From a virus (lineage: Duplodnaviria > Caudoviricetes), in IMG/VR virus record IMGVR_UViG_3300025838_000056, positions 1-46,632 of that record: a DNA stretch of 46,632 nt; one strand, given 5' to 3'. The translations under genes and the position numbers were made by a program. The stretch's first letter is position 1; each line of letters begins with the position of its first letter. Below are positions 27,719 through 35,996 of this stretch, piece after piece. The notes under the pieces are model-generated. The model saw nothing but the letters and a program-made list of their open reading frames with translations, was not told the origin of the DNA and made no database searches.

Positions 27719-27931
27719 CTGAATCTTGACCTACGACTCTATCAATTAATTGAAGAAGAATACGGCCTTTTATTAGAGAAGCTAGCTGCTGAACTAATAA
27801 GCGGTCGGGCGACTGACTATGCCGATTATCGGTATCGTGTCGGTCGTATTCACGGCGTTCGAGAAGCTCTCGATCTTGCCAAAGAAGCCAACCGAAACGC
27901 AATCGGATTGGAAGATAAACCAGAAAGGTAA
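27719..27931 (+). CDS. small protein upstream of GroES (CTG start, not in ORF track)
   Basis: GGGGAG SD then CTG; NLDLRLYQLIEEEY...GRATDYADYRYRVGRIHGVREALDLAKE. Confidence 0.65.
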   Translation: MNLDLRLYQLIEEEYGLLLEKLAAELISGRATDYADYRYRVGRIHGVREALDLAKEANRNAIGLEDKPER

Positions 27932-27936
27932 AAACA

Positions 27937-28350
27937 ATGCCCGCTGCATTGATGCTCCATGAAGAAGATCCACGCACGGAAATTCTTAACAAAGTCGGTA
28001 GTTTAGATGGTGTAGAAGTTTTTGGTTCGGATGTTTTAGTTGCTCTTTACATCAGACCTCAAAAGACAAAGTCGGGGATTATCCTCGCTGATTCAACAAG
28101 AGAAGAAGACCGTTGGCAGGGAAAGGCCGGACTTATCTTAAAGTTAGGCCCAACAGCTTATACGGATGATGAAGGAAATAAATTCAGAGATATTTCTGAA
28201 GGTGATTGGGTTGTTTTCAGACCTAGTGACGGATGGGCTGTAACTCTCAATTCATCAGCAAATTTAGCTTCAAAAGATGCAGTCGCATGTCGAGTGGTTA
28301 ATGACATTCATATTCGCATGAGAATATCCACGCCGGATGCAATTTACTAA
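27937..28350 (+). CDS. groES: co-chaperonin GroES-like protein
   Basis: 'KTKSGIIL' mobile loop, 'ILKLGPTAY', 'EGDWVVF'. Confidence 0.85.
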   Translation: MPAALMLHEEDPRTEILNKVGSLDGVEVFGSDVLVALYIRPQKTKSGIILADSTREEDRWQGKAGLILKLGPTAYTDDEGNKFRDISEGDWVVFRPSDGWAVTLNSSANLASKDAVACRVVNDIHIRMRISTPDAIY

Positions 28351-28362
28351 GGGACGCTCCCA

Positions 28363-29367
28363 ATGGAAGATATTAAAGAAGAAAAGCCGGTAAAGGTAAC
28401 CTTACCAGAAGATCCTATTGTTGAAGTAGATCTTAATGAAAGCAAGGCTAAGATTGACGAGCCTTCTGCTAAGATAGAAGAAGTTTCTGCCGATAAAAAA
28501 ACGCAATCTGTAGATGAAAGGGAAAGAGCCCTAAAGGAGCTTAAATCCCAATATGAACATCAGAAACGTATTGCGGAAGCAGAACGGGAAGCACGTAAGC
28601 AGGCAGAGTATTATGCCCACCAGCAAGCGCAACAAATTGGCTACGCGCAACACGAGGTTCAAGATTCAAATCTAAAGATTATCTTGAATGCGATTGACGC
28701 CACAGAGCAAGCGGCGGCCAATGCAGAGCGTGATTACGCTGATGCTATGGCAGTTAATAATCATGTTGCAGCAGCTCGCGCCCAACGTGCGATTGCACAG
28801 GCTGAAAGTCACTTGCTTCAGCTTCAGAACGGAAGACAAAGACTTGAGGAAACATTACAGGATACCACTGAAGGTTCTGTTTATGCTCCGCAGGTTCCTA
28901 GTTTTGAACCTCAAATACCTCAAGACCCTGTTGAAATGTATGCTTCGAAACTGGGTCCTAGAAGCGCGTCTTGGCTTCGGTCACACCCTGATGCGGTAAA
29001 CAAAATACCAAGACTTACACGAGCTCACCAAGATGCAATCGAGGATGGTATTGTCCCAGAATCGGACGATTACTTCCAGTATATTGAATCTCGTCTTGGT
29101 CTCACCAGCCGAGAAAACAGTTATGAACATCAACCAGTAGTTGCTCAGTCCTCTCCCTCTAGGAAGGCAATGGCGTCTGCACCCGTTACTTCTAATGCTA
29201 GTTATGCCTCCCCGCGAAGCAGCGGCAGCTCCAATACAATGACGCTATCGCCACAGGAAGTTGACGTTGCTCTTCTTATGGAGCCTGAATTGTCCCGAGA
29301 AAAGGCAATTGAGACTTACGCACGGAACAAGCAAATATTAATCAAGCAGGGGAAGCTTCTTGGGTGA
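28363..29367 (+). CDS. putative capsid scaffolding protein
   Basis: Acidic coiled-coil, C-terminal 'TLSPQEV..A.....E.YA' helix; position between portal and capsid gene. Confidence 0.6.
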   Translation: MEDIKEEKPVKVTLPEDPIVEVDLNESKAKIDEPSAKIEEVSADKKTQSVDERERALKELKSQYEHQKRIAEAEREARKQAEYYAHQQAQQIGYAQHEVQDSNLKIILNAIDATEQAAANAERDYADAMAVNNHVAAARAQRAIAQAESHLLQLQNGRQRLEETLQDTTEGSVYAPQVPSFEPQIPQDPVEMYASKLGPRSASWLRSHPDAVNKIPRLTRAHQDAIEDGIVPESDDYFQYIESRLGLTSRENSYEHQPVVAQSSPSRKAMASAPVTSNASYASPRSSGSSNTMTLSPQEVDVALLMEPELSREKAIETYARNKQILIKQGKLLG

Positions 29368-29893
29368 AATTACTAAATCTGCCGTGCATGGATAGTGATG
29401 CTTTTTTATAAGCATTGTGAGCATCATCGGCCGATTTAAATGACCCTAAGTAAACATTCTTATTGTTTATCATAATCTTGGATACCCAACGGTTACTACG
29501 TCTATCAAAGTAAACGCCTTTAAAACCAGAGGTGTTATTCTTATGTTTTCGAGTATTCCATTGGTTTTCAGATTTTGAAGCTAATCTAAGATTGGACAAA
29601 CGGTTATTATTTGGATTGTTATCAATATGATCAATATCATCAATCGGGTAAGATTCATAAGCAAGCAGCCATACAATTCGGTGCGCTATGTAATTTTTCT
29701 TATTGATGCGTATTTGGATGCCTTTGTGTTTTGTTTGGTTGCCAGCGGGTTTGTTAGCCCACCTTGTGTTCCAAATTTTAAAAGCTCTAGCATCAGGAAA
29801 ATGGTCAATTGGTCTTTTTTTCCAAATGAGATACCCAGTTTGAGGGTCATATTTAAGGATAGAAGTAACATAATCAAAGGTAAGATCACTCAT
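29342..29893 (-). CDS. HNH homing endonuclease with AP2 domain
   Basis: 'AHRIVW', 'IDHIDNNPNNNRLSNLRLA', 'NTSGFKGV...YLGSF'. Confidence 0.92.
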   Translation of the reverse strand: MSDLTFDYVTSILKYDPQTGYLIWKKRPIDHFPDARAFKIWNTRWANKPAGNQTKHKGIQIRINKKNYIAHRIVWLLAYESYPIDDIDHIDNNPNNNRLSNLRLASKSENQWNTRKHKNNTSGFKGVYFDRRSNRWVSKIMINNKNVYLGSFKSADDAHNAYKKASLSMHGRFSNFTQEASPA

Positions 29894-29972
29894 ACAAAAA
29901 CTTCCATATCATGCTGAAACTTGGAATGTTTGATCTTACTATGCCTATTCGACCACTTCAAGGAATTAATCC

Positions 29973-30542
29973 ATGATTAATGAAACAAATATAGACCTTC
30001 GAACCAAAGAAGGTAGGGCTTTTAAATCCGCTCAAAACGATGGCGACAATGCCTCGTCTTCCAAGCCAGCTATAGCAAAAGAAACATCTGAACAATCTAG
30101 AGCTAGAGCAGAAGCAAGAATACGAGCGATCCGAGGCAACCCCGATCTAGCGAACGGAACTGATCGCGATAAATATTGGGCACCACCACCGCCAGATGGA
30201 TTTGATTATCAATGGAAACTAAAGTCCGTTCTTAACCAAGACGACAATGATCGCATCCGACAAAATGAGTTAAACGGATGGGAAGAGGTTCCACTTAGCC
30301 GCCATCCAGAACTTATGCCTAAGGGCTGGAAAGGCGAGACGATAGAAGTCGGCGGACTTGTTCTCATGGAACGCCCAAAGGTGTTTACCGATGAGGCAAG
30401 GGCTGCGGAACGTCAGGCTGCTCGTGAGGCTATTATTACTAAGGAAAATCAGATGCGCGACGGTCGATCAAATGACCTTGGCCGCAGAGAAGTCCAAAAG
30501 TTTAATAAATCTTACGACCGGATTACCGTCCCTAACGAATAA
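29973..30542 (+). CDS. head-region hypothetical protein
   Basis: 'PPPPDGFDYQWK', 'GWEEVP..HPE', 'IEVGGLVLMERP'; type of protein seen before capsid genes. Confidence 0.75.
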   Translation: MINETNIDLRTKEGRAFKSAQNDGDNASSSKPAIAKETSEQSRARAEARIRAIRGNPDLANGTDRDKYWAPPPPDGFDYQWKLKSVLNQDDNDRIRQNELNGWEEVPLSRHPELMPKGWKGETIEVGGLVLMERPKVFTDEARAAERQAAREAIITKENQMRDGRSNDLGRREVQKFNKSYDRITVPNE

Positions 30543-30554
30543 TCAATAAGTAAT

Positions 30555-30581
30555 AAGGGAGGCGTAATGTCCTCCCTTTTT
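30555..30581 (+). terminator. intrinsic terminator
   Basis: AAGGGAGG...CCTCCCTT followed by T run. Confidence 0.75.
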
Positions 30582-30587
30582 AATCAG

Positions 30588-30616
30588 TTGACATAACCTA
30601 TTATAATTCGTATAAT
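30588..30616 (+). promoter_or_regulatory. consensus sigma70 promoter for the capsid operon
   Basis: TTGACA-17 nt-TATAAT. Confidence 0.85.
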
Positions 30617-30622
30617 TTAACG

Positions 30623-30871
30623 TGCCAATTATTCTAATTTATTGGCGAAAGCCGTTAGTGCATTTCTGCATTTCGGTAATCTGACATTTTGAATGTCCGC
30701 GCTGGATATTCTGGTTAGAAAATCGAGTAAAGTTTGGATGGTATTCCACCAAACGTCGGATAATTCCGAATTTTAGTATCCCGCGCTGGGATGCTTTCCA
30801 CCATACACTTGTAATTCACCCAACGCGCTGTTGTGGCAAATTACTCTCACTTCGAATAGGAGGAGGGGAAA
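30623..30871 (+). ncRNA. structured ~250-nt leader with three GCGCU-loop hairpins
   Basis: Hairpins at 30691-30711, 30775-30795 and 30821-30833 with different stems and identical loops. Confidence 0.6.
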
Positions 30872-31495
30872 TTGTCGAATAACTTCGCACCCTTCGGATT
30901 TAGACCTACTGCGACGAGCAATGGTCCGATGAACTTTCGGGTCTCTACGCGTCGTATTGCGTCTACGAATACAACTGCAATCTTTAAAGGCGATGCTGTC
31001 GTTCCAGTAACAGGCCCAGCCACTGGCTATATCACGCAGGCAACTGCGGGTTCTACCGTTGGTGCAGGCATTTTCTGGGGCTGTGAGTATCTCTCAGTAA
31101 GCCAAAAGCGCGTAATCTGGAGCCAGTATTGGCCGGGTTCTGACGCCCAGAATGATGTGCAAGCATACATCATCGATGATCCAAACTCACGTTTTCTTGT
31201 TCAGACGTCTGGCACAGCGTTCCAGATTTCTGGCACGATTTACAACTTTGGTTCTTCGCCAGTTGGTCAGCTTGCCCAGCTCTCTGTTGGCACGGGTTCA
31301 ACCCTTACCCAGCAGTCTGGCATGTATCTCAGCTCCGTAGGAACGACTAACACGTTCCCATTCATCATCACGGACATGGTTATTGATCCGCCTGGTGCTA
31401 ACGGAACTGATCCGACGTCTCAATACAACTACGTAGTTGTCGGCTTTAACAACGAGTGGCTGCGCGGCAACGCTGCGGTTACCGGCATCGCTTAA
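30872..31495 (+). CDS. putative minor capsid/decoration protein
   Basis: TTG start after AGGAGGAGG; 'PFGFRP', 'IFKGD.V', 'GIFWGCEY', 'DDP'; directly before the capsid gene. Confidence 0.7.
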   Translation: MSNNFAPFGFRPTATSNGPMNFRVSTRRIASTNTTAIFKGDAVVPVTGPATGYITQATAGSTVGAGIFWGCEYLSVSQKRVIWSQYWPGSDAQNDVQAYIIDDPNSRFLVQTSGTAFQISGTIYNFGSSPVGQLAQLSVGTGSTLTQQSGMYLSSVGTTNTFPFIITDMVIDPPGANGTDPTSQYNYVVVGFNNEWLRGNAAVTGIA

Positions 31496-31508
31496 GGAGT
31501 AGGCTCAC

Positions 31509-32423
31509 ATGGCAGTCAATTTATCAGCCATTAGGGACCTGCTTCTTCCAGGTCTACGTGGCGTTGAGGGTAAATATCCTCAGATCCCAGCTCAGTGGGA
31601 CAAAGTGTTCGAGCGTGCAAAGTCAAACATGGCTCTCGAACGCACAGCTGAAATGCGTTACCTCGGTCTTGCAGCAATCAAGACTGAAGGCGGTGCGGTC
31701 AGCTTCGACAACAACGCAAGCGAGCGTTACGTCTACAATCAGGAACATTATGAAATCGGCTTGGGCTATGCAATTACCCGTAAGGCGATTGATGACAACC
31801 TGTATAAGACACAGTTTGCTCCTACGAACCTCGGCCTTATCGAGTCTTTCGGTCAGACCAAGGAAATCTACGGCGCGAACATCTTCAACACGGCTCAGAC
31901 GTATAACGCGTCAGTCGGTGGCGACGGTCAGGCACTCTGCTCGTTGAACCATCCTATTGACGGTCAGGTTATTCCTAACACGCCGACAGTCCAAGTCGAT
32001 CTTAACGAATCTTCGCTGTTGAATGCTATGATCAGCATCCGCACGAACTTCCGCGACATCGCTGGCCTGAAGATGTTTGCTCGTGGCCGCAAGCTGATTG
32101 TTCCGCCTGCTCTTGAGCCTGTTGCTATCCGTCTTACAAAGACAGAACTACGCCCTGGCACTGCTGACAACGACGTTAATGCCATCCAGACAACCGCAGG
32201 CGGCTTGCCTGAAGGTTATATGGTCATGGACTTCTTGACGTCTCCTTATGCTTGGTTCTTGCTAACCAACATCAAGGGTCTCGTTTATATGGAACGCGTT
32301 CCATACGAGATGGACATGCAGGTCGATTTCACGACCGATAATCTTCTCGTGAAGGGCTATGAACGTTATTCTTTCGGGTATTACAACTGGCGTTCAATCT
32401 ATGGCAGTTTCCCAACGTCATAA
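31509..32423 (+). CDS. major capsid protein (Mu gpT-like HK97 fold)
   Basis: 'LLPGL', 'KTEGG', 'IT.KAIDDNLY', 'GGDG..L....HP', 'LIVPP', 'ERYSFG...WR'. Confidence 0.9.
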   Translation: MAVNLSAIRDLLLPGLRGVEGKYPQIPAQWDKVFERAKSNMALERTAEMRYLGLAAIKTEGGAVSFDNNASERYVYNQEHYEIGLGYAITRKAIDDNLYKTQFAPTNLGLIESFGQTKEIYGANIFNTAQTYNASVGGDGQALCSLNHPIDGQVIPNTPTVQVDLNESSLLNAMISIRTNFRDIAGLKMFARGRKLIVPPALEPVAIRLTKTELRPGTADNDVNAIQTTAGGLPEGYMVMDFLTSPYAWFLLTNIKGLVYMERVPYEMDMQVDFTTDNLLVKGYERYSFGYYNWRSIYGSFPTS

Positions 32424-32434
32424 AAATCAACAAC

Positions 32435-32460
32435 TTGGCGCTTGGGAAACTGAGCGCCAA
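32435..32460 (+). terminator. GAAA-tetraloop hairpin after the capsid gene
   Basis: TTGGCGCTTGG-GAAA-CTGAGCGCCAA; no clear U tract. Confidence 0.55.
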
Positions 32461-32555
32461 ATCTCCTAATGGTGTAACTAAAAGATACGAATTATTTGAC
32501 AGAGGGATATAATTCCTGTATATGAAGGCTACATTACTACGATGTAGTCAAACAT

Positions 32556-33254
32556 ATGAGGAATAAAATGTCTGAGTCAGATCAGGGTGTATCCATAGAA
32601 ACTGTAAAGGAGTTTCTTTCTTATGACCCTTTAACAGGGGTAATTCGGTGGAAGAGGTCGCCATCCAATAATATTTATGCGGGAGATGTCGCGGGGTGTG
32701 TAAAGGCTTTACGCAAAAACGCATCTGGGGAAAACAAATCCTATAGCTACATTCGCATAGAAGGGATGTCGATACCGTCTCAACGCATTGCGTGGGCACT
32801 CCACAACGGTGAATGGCCACCAAGTCGAATTACTTTTGTTGACGGTAACTCTCTGAATTTTAAGATCTCAAACTTAAAATTACAGAACTCACTTCCTCAA
32901 ACTTATGAAGAAGTGAAGAGGCATGAGAAGAACCAATATTACAGGGACCACCGTAAGGCATATAAATTATCGTATAGTGAGAGTGATCTAAAGCGTAAGT
33001 ATGGGATTGGTCTGTTAGAGTATAGCCAGCTTTTGTTATCTCAGAATGGAAAATGTGCCATTTGTGAAGGAACAGACGGTGGTCATAGGAACGGCGAACC
33101 TAAGGCATTAGCGGTAGATCATAATCACAAAACGGGTAAGGTTCGTGGGTTGCTTTGTGAGTCATGCAACCAAGGTATCGGTAAGCTGAAAGACAGCCCA
33201 GAAACCTGTCGCAAAGCAGCCGATTACTTAGAGAAACACGGCAGGAGCCTCTGA
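32556..33254 (+). CDS. endonuclease: degenerate HNH N-terminal part plus endonuclease VII-type domain
   Basis: 'KYGI....Y..L...Q.G.CAIC', 'LAVDHNH.TGKVRGLLC..CN.G.G'; N-terminal HNH has lost its His residues. Confidence 0.88.
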   Translation: MRNKMSESDQGVSIETVKEFLSYDPLTGVIRWKRSPSNNIYAGDVAGCVKALRKNASGENKSYSYIRIEGMSIPSQRIAWALHNGEWPPSRITFVDGNSLNFKISNLKLQNSLPQTYEEVKRHEKNQYYRDHRKAYKLSYSESDLKRKYGIGLLEYSQLLLSQNGKCAICEGTDGGHRNGEPKALAVDHNHKTGKVRGLLCESCNQGIGKLKDSPETCRKAADYLEKHGRSL

Positions 33255-33275
33255 TACAAGTCCCTGTCTTCATAT

Positions 33276-33343
33276 CTAGGATAGCCAGCCTTGCAGACCG
33301 ACCTAGCGGACTCTGCACAGACTACAAGGCGAACTCGTGCAGG
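33276..33343 (+). ncRNA. double-pseudoknot structured RNA (Mu-gpT-DE-like candidate)
   Basis: Three crossing helices: 33276-80/33302-06, 33288-96/33322-30, 33312-18/33337-43. Confidence 0.6.
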
Positions 33344-33409
33344 AAATAGTAGACAAAACATAGGTGTGTGTTAGAATGTGGGATGGACAACAATAGAGGA
33401 TTCTAGTTC

Positions 33410-34000
33410 ATGCCATACGCAGAAGATTTTTGTGGTGTTTATAAGATCATAAATACCCAATCAAATCTTTGTTATGTTGGGCAATCTCAGCGTGTTAAAA
33501 AACGGATTGCAGACCATTTCAAACTTTTGCGTATGAACAAACACGGAAACCAAAGGTTACAGAACGCATTCAACAAATACGGCGAAGAAAACTTCAAGTG
33601 GAATCTTGAAGTAATTTGCGAAGATCTTGAGGATATGGATGCTATAGAAAACGCTTTTATTTCCGGCGAAGCCGTATTTGTAGAGCCAGTTTTTTATAAC
33701 ATTGCACCTTTTTCGAAATCTCCGATGAGAGGGAAGTCCCACTCAGAAGAAGTGCGTAAAAGGATTAGTGAGGGAAGATCTAAAACTAAATTTGACTACG
33801 CTTCTGCGGAATACAGAAAGAAACTTAAAGACATTACGTTAGCAAGGGTTTTTTCTGACCAAAAATACGTAGAAAAAGTTAAGTTTATTCTTGAACACCC
33901 AGAAATGACTTACGCAGCGCGCGCTAAGGAAGTTGGGTCAGATACAAGCACAGTTCGCAAAATCGCTTTAAAGTATGCACACCTGAAAGGAACAATATAA
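33410..34000 (+). CDS. GIY-YIG homing endonuclease
   Basis: 'GVYKI.N......YVGQS...R...H', 'LQNAFNKYG', NUMOD3-like 'GKSHSEEVRKRIS'. Confidence 0.92.
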   Translation: MPYAEDFCGVYKIINTQSNLCYVGQSQRVKKRIADHFKLLRMNKHGNQRLQNAFNKYGEENFKWNLEVICEDLEDMDAIENAFISGEAVFVEPVFYNIAPFSKSPMRGKSHSEEVRKRISEGRSKTKFDYASAEYRKKLKDITLARVFSDQKYVEKVKFILEHPEMTYAARAKEVGSDTSTVRKIALKYAHLKGTI

Positions 34001-34443
34001 TGGGCGCTACAAATTTCACCGGCCCTATATATGCCGGTAATGTTTTAAATACAACAGGAACAACACCAGGGACGATTGACAACACGGGAAGCGTTCTGCT
34101 TTCTCAGTCTTCTCCAATCACTCAGTCGGCAACTGGCACTGCAACGTCAATTTGTATTCCAGCTGGCAGCACGATTGTAGATGTTTATGTTGGGGTAACG
34201 ACTGTTTTCAGTGGGGTAGCGGCAACGTTTACCATTGGCACCACATCGTCTAGCTCAAACGAGCTCGGTGGAGGCACGGGAGCGTCTCTAGGCGTTTCGG
34301 CAGTTTTGCCAACGACACAAGCGCAAACTAACCTCTGGTTCAATGTTGGAACCACAGATGTTATCATTTATGTTAAGTCTACAAATGCTGGCAGCGGTGT
34401 TGGTTATTTGAACGTGCAGTATGTACAAGGTCCCAACGGTTAA
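34000..34443 (+). CDS. virion structural protein (putative head decoration)
   Basis: 'T.F.GP' start, 'IPAGSTI' beta-rich; TAATG coupling. Confidence 0.65.
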   Translation: MGATNFTGPIYAGNVLNTTGTTPGTIDNTGSVLLSQSSPITQSATGTATSICIPAGSTIVDVYVGVTTVFSGVAATFTIGTTSSSSNELGGGTGASLGVSAVLPTTQAQTNLWFNVGTTDVIIYVKSTNAGSGVGYLNVQYVQGPNG

Positions 34444-34463
34444 CGTGATAAAGGATTAAGATC

Positions 34464-34874
34464 ATGAAGGGTAAGAAATACAAAGACGATATGGATCGTC
34501 ACTGCCGCGCTGATGGTGGTTCTGTTGAAGAAGGCGTTGAAGTTTCCGAGGAAGGTCCACGGGACGTATACGCTGGTGGTGATTCGCCAACCGTAAAGGC
34601 TGCGCGTAACACAAAGAGCCAGTTTAAAAAGGGCGGTAAGGTTTCTGCTTTTAAGCGTGGTGAAATGTCGGAAGGCATGAAGGAACACGACGAAAAGAAG
34701 AAAATGAAAAAGCATGGCGGCATGGCTGAAGGCGAAAAAGGCCATCACCGCGCTGACCGCGCTCCACGCAAGGCTGGCGGTCGCGTAGGCCGTGACATGG
34801 GTGGACCTATTTCTACGGCTGGTAAAGTTGATGTTCGCCCTAACTTCAAGGGCAACACAACGATTGCCGATTAA
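34464..34874 (+). CDS. small basic protein with multiple GG motifs
   Basis: RADGG, FKKGG, KKHGG, RKAGG. Confidence 0.7.
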   Translation: MKGKKYKDDMDRHCRADGGSVEEGVEVSEEGPRDVYAGGDSPTVKAARNTKSQFKKGGKVSAFKRGEMSEGMKEHDEKKKMKKHGGMAEGEKGHHRADRAPRKAGGRVGRDMGGPISTAGKVDVRPNFKGNTTIAD

Positions 34875-34882
34875 TATAGTCT

Positions 34883-34905
34883 GGCCCGCTTCGGCGGGCC
34901 TTTCT
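34883..34905 (+). terminator. intrinsic terminator with UUCG tetraloop
   Basis: GGCCCGC-TTCG-GCGGGCC-TTTCT. Confidence 0.8.
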
Positions 34906-34922
34906 CTCTACAGGGGATAATC

Positions 34923-35120
34923 ATGTCCGATAACTGGATAGCAGGCGCTATTAAGCATAAGGGTGCCCTCCATAAAGAATTGGGCGTCCCTGAAGGAAAA
35001 AAAATACCGGCCAAGAAGCTGGAAAAGGCTACGCATAGCGATAATCCCACGCTAGCAAAACGCGCCAATCTTGCAGAAACGCTACGCAAGCTCCACAAGC
35101 GTCACGGTGGTGAAATCTAA
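34923..35120 (+). CDS. small basic phage protein ending in KRHGG-EI
   Basis: 'WI..AIK..GAL...LGV..G.KIP..KL...A.LA.TL' pattern. Confidence 0.7.
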   Translation: MSDNWIAGAIKHKGALHKELGVPEGKKIPAKKLEKATHSDNPTLAKRANLAETLRKLHKRHGGEI

Positions 35121-35131
35121 GGAATATTGAT

Positions 35132-35785
35132 ATGAGGCCAATAACGGTAACGGCTGGACCATTCCCTGCTCCGGTCGCCAATGGCATTGCTCAAGCTCAG
35201 ACGCCAGCATCTGCGGGTAATCTTATTCTGAATGGGAGCTATGTAAGCGGTGGTATAGCCACCTTGGGGCCTTATCAGCGGCGTGTTATTATAACGTCTA
35301 CTGCAAACGACAGCGTTAATACATTTACAATAAACGGGCTTAGCCAAAGTGGTTCTGTTTTAACGGAAACTCTTGTAGGCCCTAATACCGCATCCGTTCA
35401 GAGTAATTTAAGCTACAAGACGGTGTCATCAATTACGATTAGCGGAGCTAGTGTTGGGACTATTACCGCAGGGACAAACACGGTAGGCTCTTCAACATTT
35501 GTCGCGTTTGATGCTTATGCATTCCCCCAAGTTTCAATTCAAGCCAACCCTAATGGTGTGACGGCTACGATTGAGCAAACGCTTGACGATCCAAATAGCC
35601 AGACCAACCCTGTTGCTACAGCTAATATGGTTTGGTTACCCCACCCAGATCCGGCTCTTAATACATTTTCCACGGCTGTGCAGGGCAATTACGGTTATGC
35701 CCCTGTGTATGCTCGCGTGACGGTCACGGCTGGCACTGGAACAGTAACAGCGACATTCATCCAAGCGGCTGCGGTACCGAAGTAA
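35132..35785 (+). CDS. virion structural protein
   Basis: Thr/Ala/Val-rich beta protein in the structural operon. Confidence 0.7.
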   Translation: MRPITVTAGPFPAPVANGIAQAQTPASAGNLILNGSYVSGGIATLGPYQRRVIITSTANDSVNTFTINGLSQSGSVLTETLVGPNTASVQSNLSYKTVSSITISGASVGTITAGTNTVGSSTFVAFDAYAFPQVSIQANPNGVTATIEQTLDDPNSQTNPVATANMVWLPHPDPALNTFSTAVQGNYGYAPVYARVTVTAGTGTVTATFIQAAAVPK

Positions 35786-35991
35786 TGGCAGACGAACCCC
35801 TTACCTCTGGACTTATTACAGGAAATTCAGGGCTGTGGGGTGGCGCGCCGGGGCTTTCTAATAACTTTGGTTTGTGGACGCCTCCTAACGGCCTTTTGGC
35901 GAACTCTGGCACGCAAGAGACATTCTTGCTGACAACTGAATCTCTCAATCAGATTACGACTGAGAGTTCTCAAGACATTACGACAGGATAA
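35785..35991 (+). CDS. small structural protein
   Basis: TAATG-coupled; 'LLTTES..ITTES' motif. Confidence 0.6.
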   Translation: MADEPLTSGLITGNSGLWGGAPGLSNNFGLWTPPNGLLANSGTQETFLLTTESLNQITTESSQDITTG

Positions 35992-35996
35992 ACCAC

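Noticed and set aside
32424-34000. Possible group I intron carrying the endonucleases
   Set aside because: The capsid gene and the 34000 gene look intact and no intron core is evident; the endonucleases appear free-standing
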